NCBI RefSeq assembly: GCF_000195955.2
Contig: NC_000962.3
Location: 1,560,001 to 1,592,000, forward strand
Direction of reading: 5' to 3'
From: Mycobacterium tuberculosis H37Rv
GTDB lineage: Bacteria > Actinomycetota > Actinomycetes > Mycobacteriales > Mycobacteriaceae
DNA length: 32,000 nt
Shown: positions 17,613 through 27,771 of the stretch, one piece after another
Layout of the letters: each line of letters begins with the position of its first letter
Position numbering within the stretch: the stretch's first letter is position 1
Notes under the pieces: generated by a model
Database searches by the model: none
What the model was told of the DNA's origin: nothing
What the model saw: only the letters and a program-made list of their open reading frames with translations
Made by a program: the position numbers and the translations under genes

Positions 17613-19580
17613 ATGTTGTCGGTGCCGCACCTGGACCGCGACTTCGACTACTTGGTGCCCGCCGAACACTCCGACGATGCCCAGCCGGGGGTGCGGGTAC
17701 GGGTGCGGTTTCACGGTCGGCTGGTCGACGGGTTTGTCCTAGAGCGCCGCAGCGACAGCGATCACCACGGCAAGCTGGGCTGGCTGGATCGTGTGGTGTC
17801 GCCCGAACCGGTGCTCACCACGGAGATCCGCCGGTTGGTCGATGCGGTGGCGGCGCGCTACGCCGGGACCCGCCAGGACGTATTGCGGCTCGCAGTGCCC
17901 GCCCGGCACGCACGGGTGGAGCGGGAAATCACCACGGCCCCGGGTCGGCCGGTGGTAGCGCCGGTCGACCCGTCGGGTTGGGCGGCCTACGGTCGCGGTC
18001 GGCAATTCCTGGCCGCGCTGGCCGACTCGCGCGCTGCGCGGGCCGTTTGGCAGGCGCTACCGGGCGAGCTGTGGGCGGACCGATTCGCCGAGGCTGCCGC
18101 GCAGACCGTACGTGCCGGGCGCACGGTACTGGCGATCGTGCCCGATCAGCGGGATCTGGACACCCTGTGGCAGGCCGCGACGGCCCTCGTCGATGAGCAC
18201 AGTGTGGTAGCACTGTCGGCCGGCCTGGGCCCGGAGGCACGCTATCGGCGCTGGCTGGCCGCGTTGCGGGGCAGCGCGCGGCTGGTGATTGGCACCCGCA
18301 GCGCGGTGTTCGCGCCGTTGAGCGAGCTGGGCCTGGTCATGGTCTGGGCCGACGCCGACGACTCCCTGGCTGAGCCGCGGGCACCCTATCCGCACGCCCG
18401 TGAGGTGGCGATGCTGCGGGCGCATCAGGCGCGGTGCGCAGCGCTGATCGGCGGCTACGCCCGCACGGCCGAGGCCCACGCGCTGGTGCGTAGCGGCTGG
18501 GCGCACGACGTGGTTGCACCCCGGCCGGAGGTGCGTGCACGCTCTCCTCGCGTGGTTGCCCTCGACGACAGCGGATACGACGACGCGCGAGACCCGGCCG
18601 CCCGCACCGCACGGCTACCGTCCATCGCGCTGCGCGCCGCGCGCTCAGCGCTGCAGTCCGGGGCGCCGGTGCTGGTGCAGGTGCCGCGGCGCGGGTACAT
18701 CCCCTCGCTGGCCTGCGGGCGCTGCCGGGCGATCGCTCGTTGCCGGTCGTGCACGGGTCCGCTATCGCTGCAAGGCGCCGGCTCGCCCGGTGCGGTATGT
18801 CGCTGGTGTGGACGGGTGGACCCGACACTGCGATGCGTGCGCTGTGGGTCGGACGTGGTGCGTGCCGTGGTGGTGGGGGCCCGGCGCACTGCCGAAGAGC
18901 TCGGCCGGGCATTCCCGGGTACGGCGGTGATTACGTCGGCCGGCGACACCCTGGTGCCCCAGCTCGACGCCGGCCCAGCCCTGGTGGTCGCCACTCCAGG
19001 AGCCGAACCCCGGGCGCCCGGCGGGTATGGGGCGGCGCTGCTGCTGGATAGCTGGGCGCTGCTGGGCCGTCAAGACTTGCGCGCGGCCGAGGACGCGCTG
19101 TGGCGCTGGATGACGGCGGCCGCCCTGGTTCGGCCGCGCGGGGCGGGCGGTGTGGTGACCGTGGTCGCCGAATCGTCCATTCCGACAGTGCAATCGCTGA
19201 TCCGGTGGGATCCGGTCGGTCACGCGGAGGCCGAACTGGCAGCCCGAACCGAAGTCGGCCTGCCGCCAAGTGTGCACATCGCTGCTCTTGACGGCCCTGC
19301 CGGCACCGTGACGGCATTGCTGGAGGCGGCTCGGCTGCCCGACCCGGATCGCCTCCAAGCCGATCTGCTGGGCCCGGTGGACCTGCCACCCGGCGTCCGT
19401 CGCCCGGCGGGCATCCCCGCCGATGCGCCGGTCATCAGGATGTTGCTGCGGGTGTGCCGCGAGCAGGGCCTGGAGTTGGCGGCGAGTCTGCGGCGCGGCA
19501 TCGGTGTGCTCAGTGCGCGGCAAACCCGGCAAACCCGTAGCCTGGTTCGGGTACAGATTGACCCGCTGCATATCGGGTAA
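17613..19580 (+). CDS. priA: primosomal protein N' (PriA) homologue with degenerate helicase motifs
   Basis: Contains the N-terminal LSVPHLDRDFDYLVP (PriA 3'-DNA-binding domain), LVIGTRSAVFAP, and four CxxC pairs (CGRC..CRSC..CRWC..CVRC). The start is uncertain: ATG 17613, GTG 17604 or TTG 17541 are all in frame. Confidence 0.85.
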   Translation: MLSVPHLDRDFDYLVPAEHSDDAQPGVRVRVRFHGRLVDGFVLERRSDSDHHGKLGWLDRVVSPEPVLTTEIRRLVDAVAARYAGTRQDVLRLAVPARHARVEREITTAPGRPVVAPVDPSGWAAYGRGRQFLAALADSRAARAVWQALPGELWADRFAEAAAQTVRAGRTVLAIVPDQRDLDTLWQAATALVDEHSVVALSAGLGPEARYRRWLAALRGSARLVIGTRSAVFAPLSELGLVMVWADADDSLAEPRAPYPHAREVAMLRAHQARCAALIGGYARTAEAHALVRSGWAHDVVAPRPEVRARSPRVVALDDSGYDDARDPAARTARLPSIALRAARSALQSGAPVLVQVPRRGYIPSLACGRCRAIARCRSCTGPLSLQGAGSPGAVCRWCGRVDPTLRCVRCGSDVVRAVVVGARRTAEELGRAFPGTAVITSAGDTLVPQLDAGPALVVATPGAEPRAPGGYGAALLLDSWALLGRQDLRAAEDALWRWMTAAALVRPRGAGGVVTVVAESSIPTVQSLIRWDPVGHAEAELAARTEVGLPPSVHIAALDGPAGTVTALLEAARLPDPDRLQADLLGPVDLPPGVRRPAGIPADAPVIRMLLRVCREQGLELAASLRRGIGVLSARQTRQTRSLVRVQIDPLHIG

Positions 19581-19597
19581 ACGGAGTAACCGCTAGC

Positions 19598-20422
19598 TCA
19601 ACACTTCCGGGCGGTGAAGATAAGGTATTCCCACTGCATCACGCCGTCGCAGAGGTATTCGCGACAAAGTTCGGTGATTTCGGCGTCGAGTGTGGCGACG
19701 CACTCGGGGCTGTCGGCGATGGAGCGGTAGGCGTTGATCGCCGGGCCGTAGAAATTCTTGAAATAGTCGCGACATTCGTCCGGGCAACCGAACCGGTCCA
19801 CTGTCAGCGATCCTCGCCGGGTACGGATGTCGGACACATGGTCGCGAAACAGGCCACTCACGTAATCCTCGCTTCCCCACCACACCTCGTGCGGCGCTCC
19901 CGCCGGCAGCGTCGGCCGGTACGGTCTGATGGTGGACAGCAATTTGCCGTAGAAACCCTCGGGGGTCCAGTTCAGGGTGCTGATCTTGCCGCCGCGCCGG
20001 CAGACCCGGGCCAGTTCGTCGGCGGTGCGCTGATGACGCGGGGCGAACATCACCCCGATGGTCGAGAGCACCGCATCGAATTCGCCGGCGCTAAACGGGA
20101 GGGCTTCTGCGTTGGCTTCCCGCCAGCCGAGCTCCAGTCCGGCTGCCGCAGCACGCGCCTGGGCGCGGCGCAGCAGCTCGGGCGTCAGGTCGCTGGCAGT
20201 GACGTGGGCACCTGCCATGGCTGCCGGGATCGATACGTTGCCCGAGCCCGCGGCCACGTCAAGCACGCGATCGCCGCGGCGAATACCGCTGGTGGAGACT
20301 AGGATTGGGCCAAGCGGGGCCAACAGCTCCTCGGCGATGGCGGCGTAGTCGCCCAATGCCCACATTTGCCGATGCGTGGTCGCCGGCGCCTGGCGCTCGC
20401 TGGTGGGTGTGTAGACAGTCAT
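19598..20422 (-). CDS. class I SAM-dependent methyltransferase (Rv1403c-like), 274 aa
   Basis: Motif I reads VLDVAAGSGN. AGGAG lies 5 nt upstream of the ATG. It is a full-length paralogue of the gene at 21145-21969. Confidence 0.85.
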   Translation of the reverse strand: MTVYTPTSERQAPATTHRQMWALGDYAAIAEELLAPLGPILVSTSGIRRGDRVLDVAAGSGNVSIPAAMAGAHVTASDLTPELLRRAQARAAAAGLELGWREANAEALPFSAGEFDAVLSTIGVMFAPRHQRTADELARVCRRGGKISTLNWTPEGFYGKLLSTIRPYRPTLPAGAPHEVWWGSEDYVSGLFRDHVSDIRTRRGSLTVDRFGCPDECRDYFKNFYGPAINAYRSIADSPECVATLDAEITELCREYLCDGVMQWEYLIFTARKC

Positions 20423-20476
20423 CGGAACTCCTGCGAGACGTCGGGTGAGGCTGGTACCGAATTGTGTCAGCAGACA

Positions 20477-20495
20477 ACAGTATACGTTCTAAATA
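20477..20495 (-). promoter_or_regulatory. 19-nt block shared with the paralogue's upstream region (candidate promoter/operator)
   Basis: acagtatacgttctaaata here versus acagtatgcatcagaaata at 22072-22090 gives 14/19 identical positions in the same orientation relative to the methyltransferase genes. The minus strand reads TATACT (20479-20484), a possible -10. Confidence 0.4.
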
Positions 20496-20590
20496 ATCAA
20501 TGTCGACGATGGTCAGATGCTAGACTTTCCTGACTTACCCGCACGGTGTACGACGAAGTTGACGCCGGGGACGGCCCCGGGAAAGGGGTA

Positions 20591-21073
20591 ATGATGCCAA
20601 CGGAATATCCGGCGACAGCCGAGGAATCCGTGGACGTGATCACCGATGCATTGCTGACGGCGTCCCGGTTGCTGGTAGCCATCTCGGCCCATTCAATCGC
20701 TCAGGTCGATGAAAACATCACCATCCCGCAGTTCCGGACCCTGGTGATTTTGTCTAATCACGGTCCGATTAACCTGGCTACGCTGGCGACGTTGCTGGGT
20801 GTGCAACCGTCGGCCACCGGCCGCATGGTCGACCGGTTGGTCGGCGCCGAACTGATCGACCGGTTACCGCACCCCACCTCTCGACGGGAGCTGCTGGCGG
20901 CGCTGACCAAGCGTGGACGAGATGTCGTCCGTCAGGTCACCGAGCACCGGCGCACCGAGATCGCCCGCATCGTGGAACAGATGGCACCGGCGGAACGCCA
21001 TGGGCTGGTGCGTGCCCTGACGGCGTTCACCGAGGCGGGCGGTGAGCCCGACGCACGCTACGAAATCGAGTAG
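20591..21073 (+). CDS. MarR-family transcriptional regulator (Rv1404-like), 160 aa
   Basis: The winged-HTH region reads FRTLVILSNHGPINLATLATLLGVQPSATGRMVDRLVGAELIDR. ATG 20591 follows GAAAGGGG. The ORF is open from GTG 20546. Confidence 0.85.
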   Translation: MMPTEYPATAEESVDVITDALLTASRLLVAISAHSIAQVDENITIPQFRTLVILSNHGPINLATLATLLGVQPSATGRMVDRLVGAELIDRLPHPTSRRELLAALTKRGRDVVRQVTEHRRTEIARIVEQMAPAERHGLVRALTAFTEAGGEPDARYEIE

Positions 21074-21085
21074 CTAGCGGCCGAG

Positions 21086-21130
21086 CCCGTGTCGGGCCGT
21101 CCGTTACGTGCTGGGACGACCCGACACAGG
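21086..21130. terminator. imperfect 17-bp stem hairpin (2 mismatches, 11-nt loop) between the convergent MarR and methyltransferase genes
   Basis: I paired 21086-21102 (cccgtgtcgggccgtcc) with 21114-21130 (ggacgacccgacacagg): 15 of 17 positions pair. There is no U-tract. Confidence 0.35.
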
Positions 21131-21144
21131 CCGGATTGCCCGCC

Positions 21145-21969
21145 TCAGCGCTTTTCGGCGGTGAGCAGCAGGTACTCCCATTCCATGACACCGTCCGACA
21201 GGTATTGCGCTGCGAGTTCGACAAGCTGGCGGTCGAGCTCGGCGGCCAGCACCGCGTTGTCACCGATGTGCGCGTAGGCCTCGATCGTCGGGCCATAGTT
21301 GTTCTTGAAGTAGTCGTGGACGGCCTGGGCGGTGTCGAACCGCTTCACTTCCAACAAGCCACGGGCCGTCTTGAGGCCAGTGACTCCATCGCCCAGCAGA
21401 CCAGTGACATAGGCCTCACGTCCCCACAACGCCGACGGCGGCAGATCCGCCGACACGCTGGGCCGGTATGGCCTAATGGTTGCCAGCATCCGGCCGAAGA
21501 ATCCCTCGCACGTCCAGCTGATCACACCGATCGTCCCGCCAGGCCGGCAGACGCGGACCAGCTCGTCGGCCGCGGCCTGATGATCCGGTGCGAACATCAC
21601 GCCGATCGCTGAGATCACCGTGTCGAACTCGTCGTCGGCAAACGGCAGGGCTTGCGCGTTGGCTTCCTGGTATTGCAGGGTCAGCCCCTGTTGGGCGGCC
21701 CTGGCCTGGGACCGCTGCAGCAGCTCGGGCGTCAGGTCGGTGGAAATGACCGTGGCACCCGTCTTGGCTGCGGGCAGCGAAATATTGCCAGAGCCAGCGG
21801 CGACGTCGAGCACCCGAACACCCGGCCCGATGCCCGCGGCGGCAACCAGGATCGGGCCGAGTGGCGCCATCACCTCTTCTGCCATCAGGGCGTAGTCACC
21901 CAGGGCCCACATCGCCCGGTGTGTGGCCGCAAGCGTTTGGTCCTCGCGAGCAGGTGTGTCGATAGTCAT
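21145..21969 (-). CDS. class I SAM-dependent methyltransferase (Rv1405c-like), 274 aa
   Basis: Motif I reads VLDVAAGSGN. AGGAG lies 5 nt upstream of the ATG. It is collinear with, and the same length as, the gene at 19598-20422. Confidence 0.85.
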   Translation of the reverse strand: MTIDTPAREDQTLAATHRAMWALGDYALMAEEVMAPLGPILVAAAGIGPGVRVLDVAAGSGNISLPAAKTGATVISTDLTPELLQRSQARAAQQGLTLQYQEANAQALPFADDEFDTVISAIGVMFAPDHQAAADELVRVCRPGGTIGVISWTCEGFFGRMLATIRPYRPSVSADLPPSALWGREAYVTGLLGDGVTGLKTARGLLEVKRFDTAQAVHDYFKNNYGPTIEAYAHIGDNAVLAAELDRQLVELAAQYLSDGVMEWEYLLLTAEKR

Positions 21970-22067
21970 CAGGTCTCCTGAGAAGTAAGTGATGTGGCTG
22001 CGAACTTCGACATCGTTGTCGCGGGCACGGCGGGAGCCTGGGCAGTAGCGTGCCTTGCGTACCCACC

Positions 22068-22099
22068 GGATACAGTATGCATCAGAAATAGTGTATTCC
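22068..22099. promoter_or_regulatory. imperfect inverted repeat GGATACAGTAT-N9-ATAGTGTATTCC upstream of the second methyltransferase (candidate MarR operator)
   Basis: The right arm's reverse complement, GGAATACACTAT, matches the left arm with one bulge and one mismatch. The repeat contains the shared 19-nt block (22072-22090). Confidence 0.35.
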
Positions 22100-22153
22100 T
22101 CTAACTATCGCGCGTGTCGGAATTGTGGCCCACGCCACGTCGGCGGCGCTTCT

Positions 22154-22159
22154 TAGACT
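22154..22159 (+). promoter_or_regulatory. candidate -10 hexamer TAGACT placed for a leaderless fmt mRNA
   Basis: TAGACT (TANNNT) lies at exactly -12..-7 relative to the G of the fmt GTG (22166). No Shine-Dalgarno is present. Confidence 0.4.
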
Positions 22160-22165
22160 GGGCGC

Positions 22166-23104
22166 GTGCGCCTTGTCTTTGCCGGCACCCCCGAACCCGC
22201 GCTGGCCTCGCTGCGCAGGCTCATCGAATCGCCCAGTCACGACGTGATCGCCGTGTTGACCCGTCCGGATGCCGCCTCCGGCCGGCGGGGCAAGCCGCAG
22301 CCGTCACCGGTGGCCCGTGAGGCGGCAGAGCGCGGCATTCCGGTGCTGCGGCCATCGCGACCGAACTCGGCAGAGTTCGTCGCCGAACTGTCGGATCTGG
22401 CGCCAGAGTGCTGCGCCGTGGTTGCCTACGGAGCCCTGCTCGGCGGTCCCTTGCTGGCCGTGCCGCCGCATGGCTGGGTCAACCTGCACTTCTCGCTGCT
22501 GCCGGCCTGGCGTGGCGCGGCGCCGGTGCAGGCCGCCATCGCCGCGGGAGACACGATCACCGGAGCCACGACGTTCCAGATTGAGCCAAGCCTGGACTCG
22601 GGACCGATATACGGTGTCGTCACCGAGGTGATCCAGCCGACCGACACCGCGGGCGATCTACTTAAGCGACTGGCGGTATCGGGGGCAGCGCTGCTATCGA
22701 CCACGCTGGATGGCATCGCCGATCAGCGGCTGACGCCGCGGCCGCAACCGGCAGACGGGGTCAGCGTGGCGCCGAAAATCACCGTAGCGAATGCCCGGGT
22801 GCGATGGGACTTGCCGGCGGCGGTCGTGGAGCGGCGGATCCGCGCCGTCACTCCCAACCCCGGCGCCTGGACGCTCATCGGTGACTTACGGGTCAAACTT
22901 GGACCGGTGCACCTCGACGCCGCTCACCGGCCATCGAAGCCCTTGCCGCCCGGTGGAATCCACGTGGAACGCACGAGCGTGTGGATCGGCACCGGCTCGG
23001 AACCGGTGCGGCTGGGCCAGATTCAGCCGCCCGGCAAGAAACTCATGAACGCGGCCGACTGGGCGCGGGGCGCACGGCTGGACCTGGCCGCACGGGCAAC
23101 ATGA
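22166..23104 (+). CDS. fmt: methionyl-tRNA formyltransferase
   Basis: Begins [12 protein letters not shown] and contains [21 protein letters not shown] (HxSLLPxxRG motif). The stop overlaps the next start (ATGA). Confidence 0.9.
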
Positions 23105-24474
23105 CCCCTAGATCGCGTGGGCCGCGCCGCCGGCCGCTGGACCCGGCGCGTCGTGCGGCCTTCGAGACGCTGCGGGCGGTTAGTGCGCGCGACGCCTACG
23201 CGAACCTGGTGTTGCCCGCGCTGCTGGCCCAACGCGGTATCGGCGGTCGCGACGCCGCGTTCGCCACCGAGCTGACATACGGCACCTGCCGAGCCCGCGG
23301 CCTGCTCGACGCGGTCATCGGTGCGGCCGCCGAGCGTTCGCCGCAGGCGATCGATCCGGTGCTGCTAGACCTGTTGCGGCTCGGCACCTACCAATTGCTG
23401 CGCACGCGGGTCGACGCACACGCCGCAGTGTCGACCACCGTCGAGCAGGCCGGAATCGAATTCGATTCGGCGCGAGCAGGTTTCGTCAACGGTGTACTAC
23501 GAACGATCGCCGGCCGAGACGAGCGGTCCTGGGTTGGCGAACTCGCTCCTGATGCGCAGAACGATCCGATCGGGCATGCCGCGTTCGTGCATGCGCATCC
23601 CCGATGGATCGCCCAGGCCTTTGCTGACGCGTTGGGCGCGGCGGTCGGGGAGCTCGAGGCAGTTTTGGCCAGCGACGACGAACGGCCAGCGGTGCACCTG
23701 GCGGCACGCCCCGGGGTGCTGACCGCCGGCGAACTGGCCCGCGCGGTGCGCGGAACCGTCGGTCGGTATTCGCCGTTTGCGGTGTATCTGCCGCGCGGTG
23801 ACCCGGGGCGACTGGCGCCGGTGCGCGACGGCCAAGCGCTGGTCCAGGACGAGGGCAGCCAGTTAGTCGCCCGAGCATTGACCCTGGCGCCAGTCGACGG
23901 CGATACCGGACGGTGGCTGGACCTGTGTGCCGGACCGGGCGGCAAGACCGCGCTGTTGGCCGGGCTGGGTTTGCAGTGCGCAGCCCGGGTGACCGCGGTG
24001 GAACCCTCGCCACACCGCGCGGACCTGGTAGCACAGAACACCCGCGGGCTGCCGGTTGAGCTCTTGCGTGTCGACGGGCGGCACACCGACCTCGACCCGG
24101 GTTTCGACCGGGTGCTGGTGGATGCGCCCTGCACCGGGCTGGGCGCGTTACGCCGTCGGCCGGAGGCCCGTTGGCGTCGTCAGCCGGCGGACGTAGCGGC
24201 ACTGGCCAAGCTACAACGCGAGTTGTTGAGCGCCGCCATCGCGCTGACTCGGCCCGGCGGTGTCGTGCTCTATGCCACATGCTCGCCGCACCTGGCCGAG
24301 ACTGTGGGTGCTGTCGCCGACGCGCTACGCCGACATCCGGTTCACGCGCTCGATACCCGCCCACTGTTCGAGCCGGTGATCGCGGGGCTGGGGGAGGGGC
24401 CCCACGTTCAGCTGTGGCCGCACCGGCACGGTACCGACGCCATGTTCGCCGCGGCGTTGCGCCGCCTGACGTGA
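23101..24474 (+). CDS. fmu: 16S rRNA (cytosine-C5) methyltransferase RsmB/Fmu (Sun family)
   Basis: The N-terminal domain is NusB-like. The catalytic motifs are [15 protein letters not shown] and YATCSP. ATG 23101 is coupled to the fmt stop; the longer ORF from 22981 overlaps fmt. Confidence 0.9.
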
Positions 24475-24498
24475 GGTTCGCCGCAGCGGCTCAGTAAT

Positions 24499-25197
24499 GT
24501 GTCGCTCATGGCCGGTAGCACGGGGGGACCGCTGATAGCGCCGTCGATCCTAGCCGCTGATTTCGCCAGACTCGCGGACGAAGCGGCCGCGGTCAACGGC
24601 GCCGACTGGTTGCATGTAGACGTGATGGACGGTCACTTCGTGCCAAACCTGACCATCGGCCTGCCGGTGGTGGAGAGCCTGCTGGCGGTCACCGACATCC
24701 CGATGGATTGCCATCTAATGATCGACAACCCGGACCGGTGGGCTCCGCCGTATGCCGAGGCGGGCGCCTACAACGTCACCTTCCACGCGGAGGCCACCGA
24801 CAACCCGGTCGGCGTGGCCCGCGATATCCGGGCCGCGGGGGCCAAAGCCGGGATCAGCGTGAAGCCGGGGACCCCGCTGGAGCCATACCTGGACATCCTG
24901 CCCCATTTCGACACCCTGCTCGTCATGTCGGTAGAGCCTGGCTTCGGTGGCCAGCGGTTCATTCCCGAGGTGCTGAGCAAGGTGCGTGCGGTGCGCAAGA
25001 TGGTCGACGCGGGCGAGCTGACGATCCTGGTCGAGATCGACGGCGGCATCAACGACGACACGATTGAGCAGGCTGCCGAGGCCGGCGTCGACTGCTTTGT
25101 CGCCGGATCGGCGGTGTACGGCGCCGATGACCCGGCCGCGGCGGTTGCGGCACTACGGCGACAGGCCGGTGCCGCCTCACTCCACCTGAGCCTATGA
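24499..25197 (+). CDS. rpe: ribulose-phosphate 3-epimerase
   Basis: Contains [20 protein letters not shown] and [12 protein letters not shown]. The start is GTG 24499 or ATG 24508; TAATGT at 24495-24500 would suit a near-leaderless ATG 24508. Confidence 0.9.
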   Translation: MSLMAGSTGGPLIAPSILAADFARLADEAAAVNGADWLHVDVMDGHFVPNLTIGLPVVESLLAVTDIPMDCHLMIDNPDRWAPPYAEAGAYNVTFHAEATDNPVGVARDIRAAGAKAGISVKPGTPLEPYLDILPHFDTLLVMSVEPGFGGQRFIPEVLSKVRAVRKMVDAGELTILVEIDGGINDDTIEQAAEAGVDCFVAGSAVYGADDPAAAVAALRRQAGAASLHLSL

Positions 25198-26213
25198 ACG
25201 TGGAGCAGGTCAAGAGCATCGACGAGGCTATGGGTCTCGCCATCGAGCACTCCTACCAGGTCAAAGGCACGACTTATCCAAAACCCCCAGTGGGGGCCGT
25301 CATTGTGGATCCCAACGGTCGGATCGTCGGCGCCGGCGGCACCGAGCCGGCCGGTGGCGATCATGCCGAGGTGGTGGCGCTGCGCCGGGCCGGCGGATTG
25401 GCTGCCGGCGCCATCGTGGTGGTCACCATGGAACCCTGTAACCACTACGGCAAGACTCCGCCATGCGTGAACGCTCTGATCGAAGCCAGGGTGGGGACGG
25501 TGGTCTACGCCGTCGCCGACCCGAACGGGATCGCTGGGGGTGGCGCGGGCCGGCTGTCAGCAGCGGGCCTACAGGTGCGGTCCGGGGTGTTGGCTGAACA
25601 GGTGGCGGCCGGACCGCTGCGGGAGTGGCTCCACAAGCAACGCACCGGTCTGCCGCATGTCACCTGGAAGTACGCCACCAGCATCGACGGCCGCAGCGCC
25701 GCCGCCGACGGCTCCAGCCAGTGGATCTCCAGCGAGGCCGCACGCCTGGATCTGCATCGCCGCCGCGCCATCGCCGACGCGATCTTGGTCGGCACCGGCA
25801 CCGTCCTCGCCGACGACCCGGCCCTGACCGCGCGGCTGGCCGACGGCTCGCTGGCGCCGCAGCAGCCGCTGCGCGTGGTGGTGGGCAAGCGCGACATACC
25901 GCCGGAAGCACGGGTCCTCAACGACGAGGCACGCACCATGATGATCCGCACCCACGAACCTATGGAGGTGCTCAGGGCGTTGTCGGATCGCACCGACGTG
26001 CTGCTGGAAGGAGGTCCCACCCTCGCCGGCGCCTTCCTACGAGCGGGTGCGATCAACCGGATCCTGGCCTACGTCGCACCGATCCTGTTGGGCGGTCCGG
26101 TTACCGCGGTCGATGACGTCGGGGTGTCCAACATCACCAACGCGTTGCGTTGGCAGTTCGACAGCGTCGAAAAGGTCGGACCGGATCTGTTGCTGAGCTT
26201 GGTGGCTCGTTAG
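25194..26213 (+). CDS. ribD: bifunctional riboflavin biosynthesis deaminase/reductase (RibD; annotated ribG in M. tuberculosis)
   Basis: The deaminase zinc motifs are HAEVVAL and [13 protein letters not shown]-terminal reductase domain follows. The start is ATGA-coupled to rpe. The TAG stop shares bases with the stop of the convergent p55 gene. Confidence 0.9.
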
Positions 26214-27766
26214 AGCGGCTCCACTTGGGGCGCCAGGGTCGGTTGCTCCTGGACTTCCGGTTCATCGGCATGTTCCTTGCGGCCGCTGATCAACAGACCT
26301 AGCACCGCGCCGAACACGCACACGATCGCGGTGATGGTGAATATCTCGCCGTACATCAGCGCGAACGCCTGCTGGTACCGGGCTCCAATTGCGGCCGCGC
26401 GCTCGAGCAGGCTGGCGTTGGGCGGGATGGCCGCCGACAACCCCGCCAGGATCTGGTTGAACCGGTACAACCCCCAGGCGCTCAGCGCGGCCACGCCGAT
26501 CAACATGCCGGTCATCCGGGCGACCACCACCGCCGCCGAAGCGATGCCGTGCTGGGCCGACGGGACAACCCGTAGGGTGGCCGACGATAGCGGCCCGATC
26601 ACCAGCCCCAACCCTAAACCAGCCACCACCAGGTCGGTGTGCATCGCCGGCACGGTGAACAATCCGAGGATGTTGTGCCGATCGGCCAACAGGTCCACCG
26701 GCCAGTGGGAAATAAGCCAGTAACCGTACGCCGCAATAAGCAGTCCGGCAAAGGCCACCGCACGGTCACCGGCCCTGGTGGCGATCCACCCGCCCGTCAC
26801 TGCCCCGATCGGTAGGGCGATAAGGAACCACAGCAGCATTCCGGCCGCCTGAGCCTGGTCCATCTGCAGCACGCCCTGGCCGAACAGCTCGACATCAACC
26901 AGCGTCACCATCAGCGCCGCGCCGGCGGCGACGGAGGCACCCAGCGCGGACAGGAACGGCCGGAAGTGCACACCGGCCGGGTCGATCAGCCGGGTGCGAG
27001 CGAAACGTTCCCAACCGAAGAACGCCACCGCGGCAACGAGAGCGCCGACCAGCAACGGAGCCCCGTAGTCCGGCAGTACGTGTTTGCCGTCGGGATTGGG
27101 GTTGTACAGCCCGATGACGGCGAGGCCCAACGCGAGTGCCAGCAGCAGACCACCGACCAGGTCGACTCGCTCGGGCTCCGTGCTGCGGTCGTGTGAGGGC
27201 AGGCTGAAGTGGATCATTACCATGGCGATCGCGGTCAACGGGACGTTGATCCAGAACACGTCACGCCAGTCGTGCAATAGCCAAACGATGAAGATTCCGT
27301 ACAACGGGCCCAGAACGCTGCCGAGCTCCTGCGCGGCGCCGATACCGCCGAGCACGCCGGCGCGGTTGCGCTGCGACCACAAATCGGCGCCCAGCGCCAG
27401 CGTGATCGGCAATAGCGCGCCGCTGGCAACACCCTGGATCGTGCGGCCCGCGATCAGCATGTGGAAATCGCCAAAATGCCCGGCCAGCGCGGTCACTACC
27501 GAGCCGATGATGAACCCGGCCAGGCTGACCTGCAGCATCAGCTTGCGCCCGAATCGGTCGGAAGCCCGGCCCAGCAACGGCATGGCGGCGATGTAGCCCA
27601 GGAGGTACATCGTGACGATCCAGGTGATCCGGTGGAGTTGGTTGATCGGTATACCAACGCTGTTCATGATGTCGCGCATGATGGTGACCACGACATAGGT
27701 GTCCAGGGCGCCCAGCAGTACTGCCAGGCTGCCCGCGCTAATCGCGACTCGACGTCCTGCTCGCAT
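26210..27766 (-). CDS. p55: MFS efflux transporter P55 (Rv1410c-like), 518 aa
   Basis: Highly hydrophobic throughout, with MFS motif-A-like [11 protein letters not shown] chose ATG 27766 ([12 protein letters not shown]...), 5 nt after the lprG stop. The 638-aa ORF extension overlaps lprG in another frame. Confidence 0.85.
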
Positions 27767-27771
27767 GCTGA

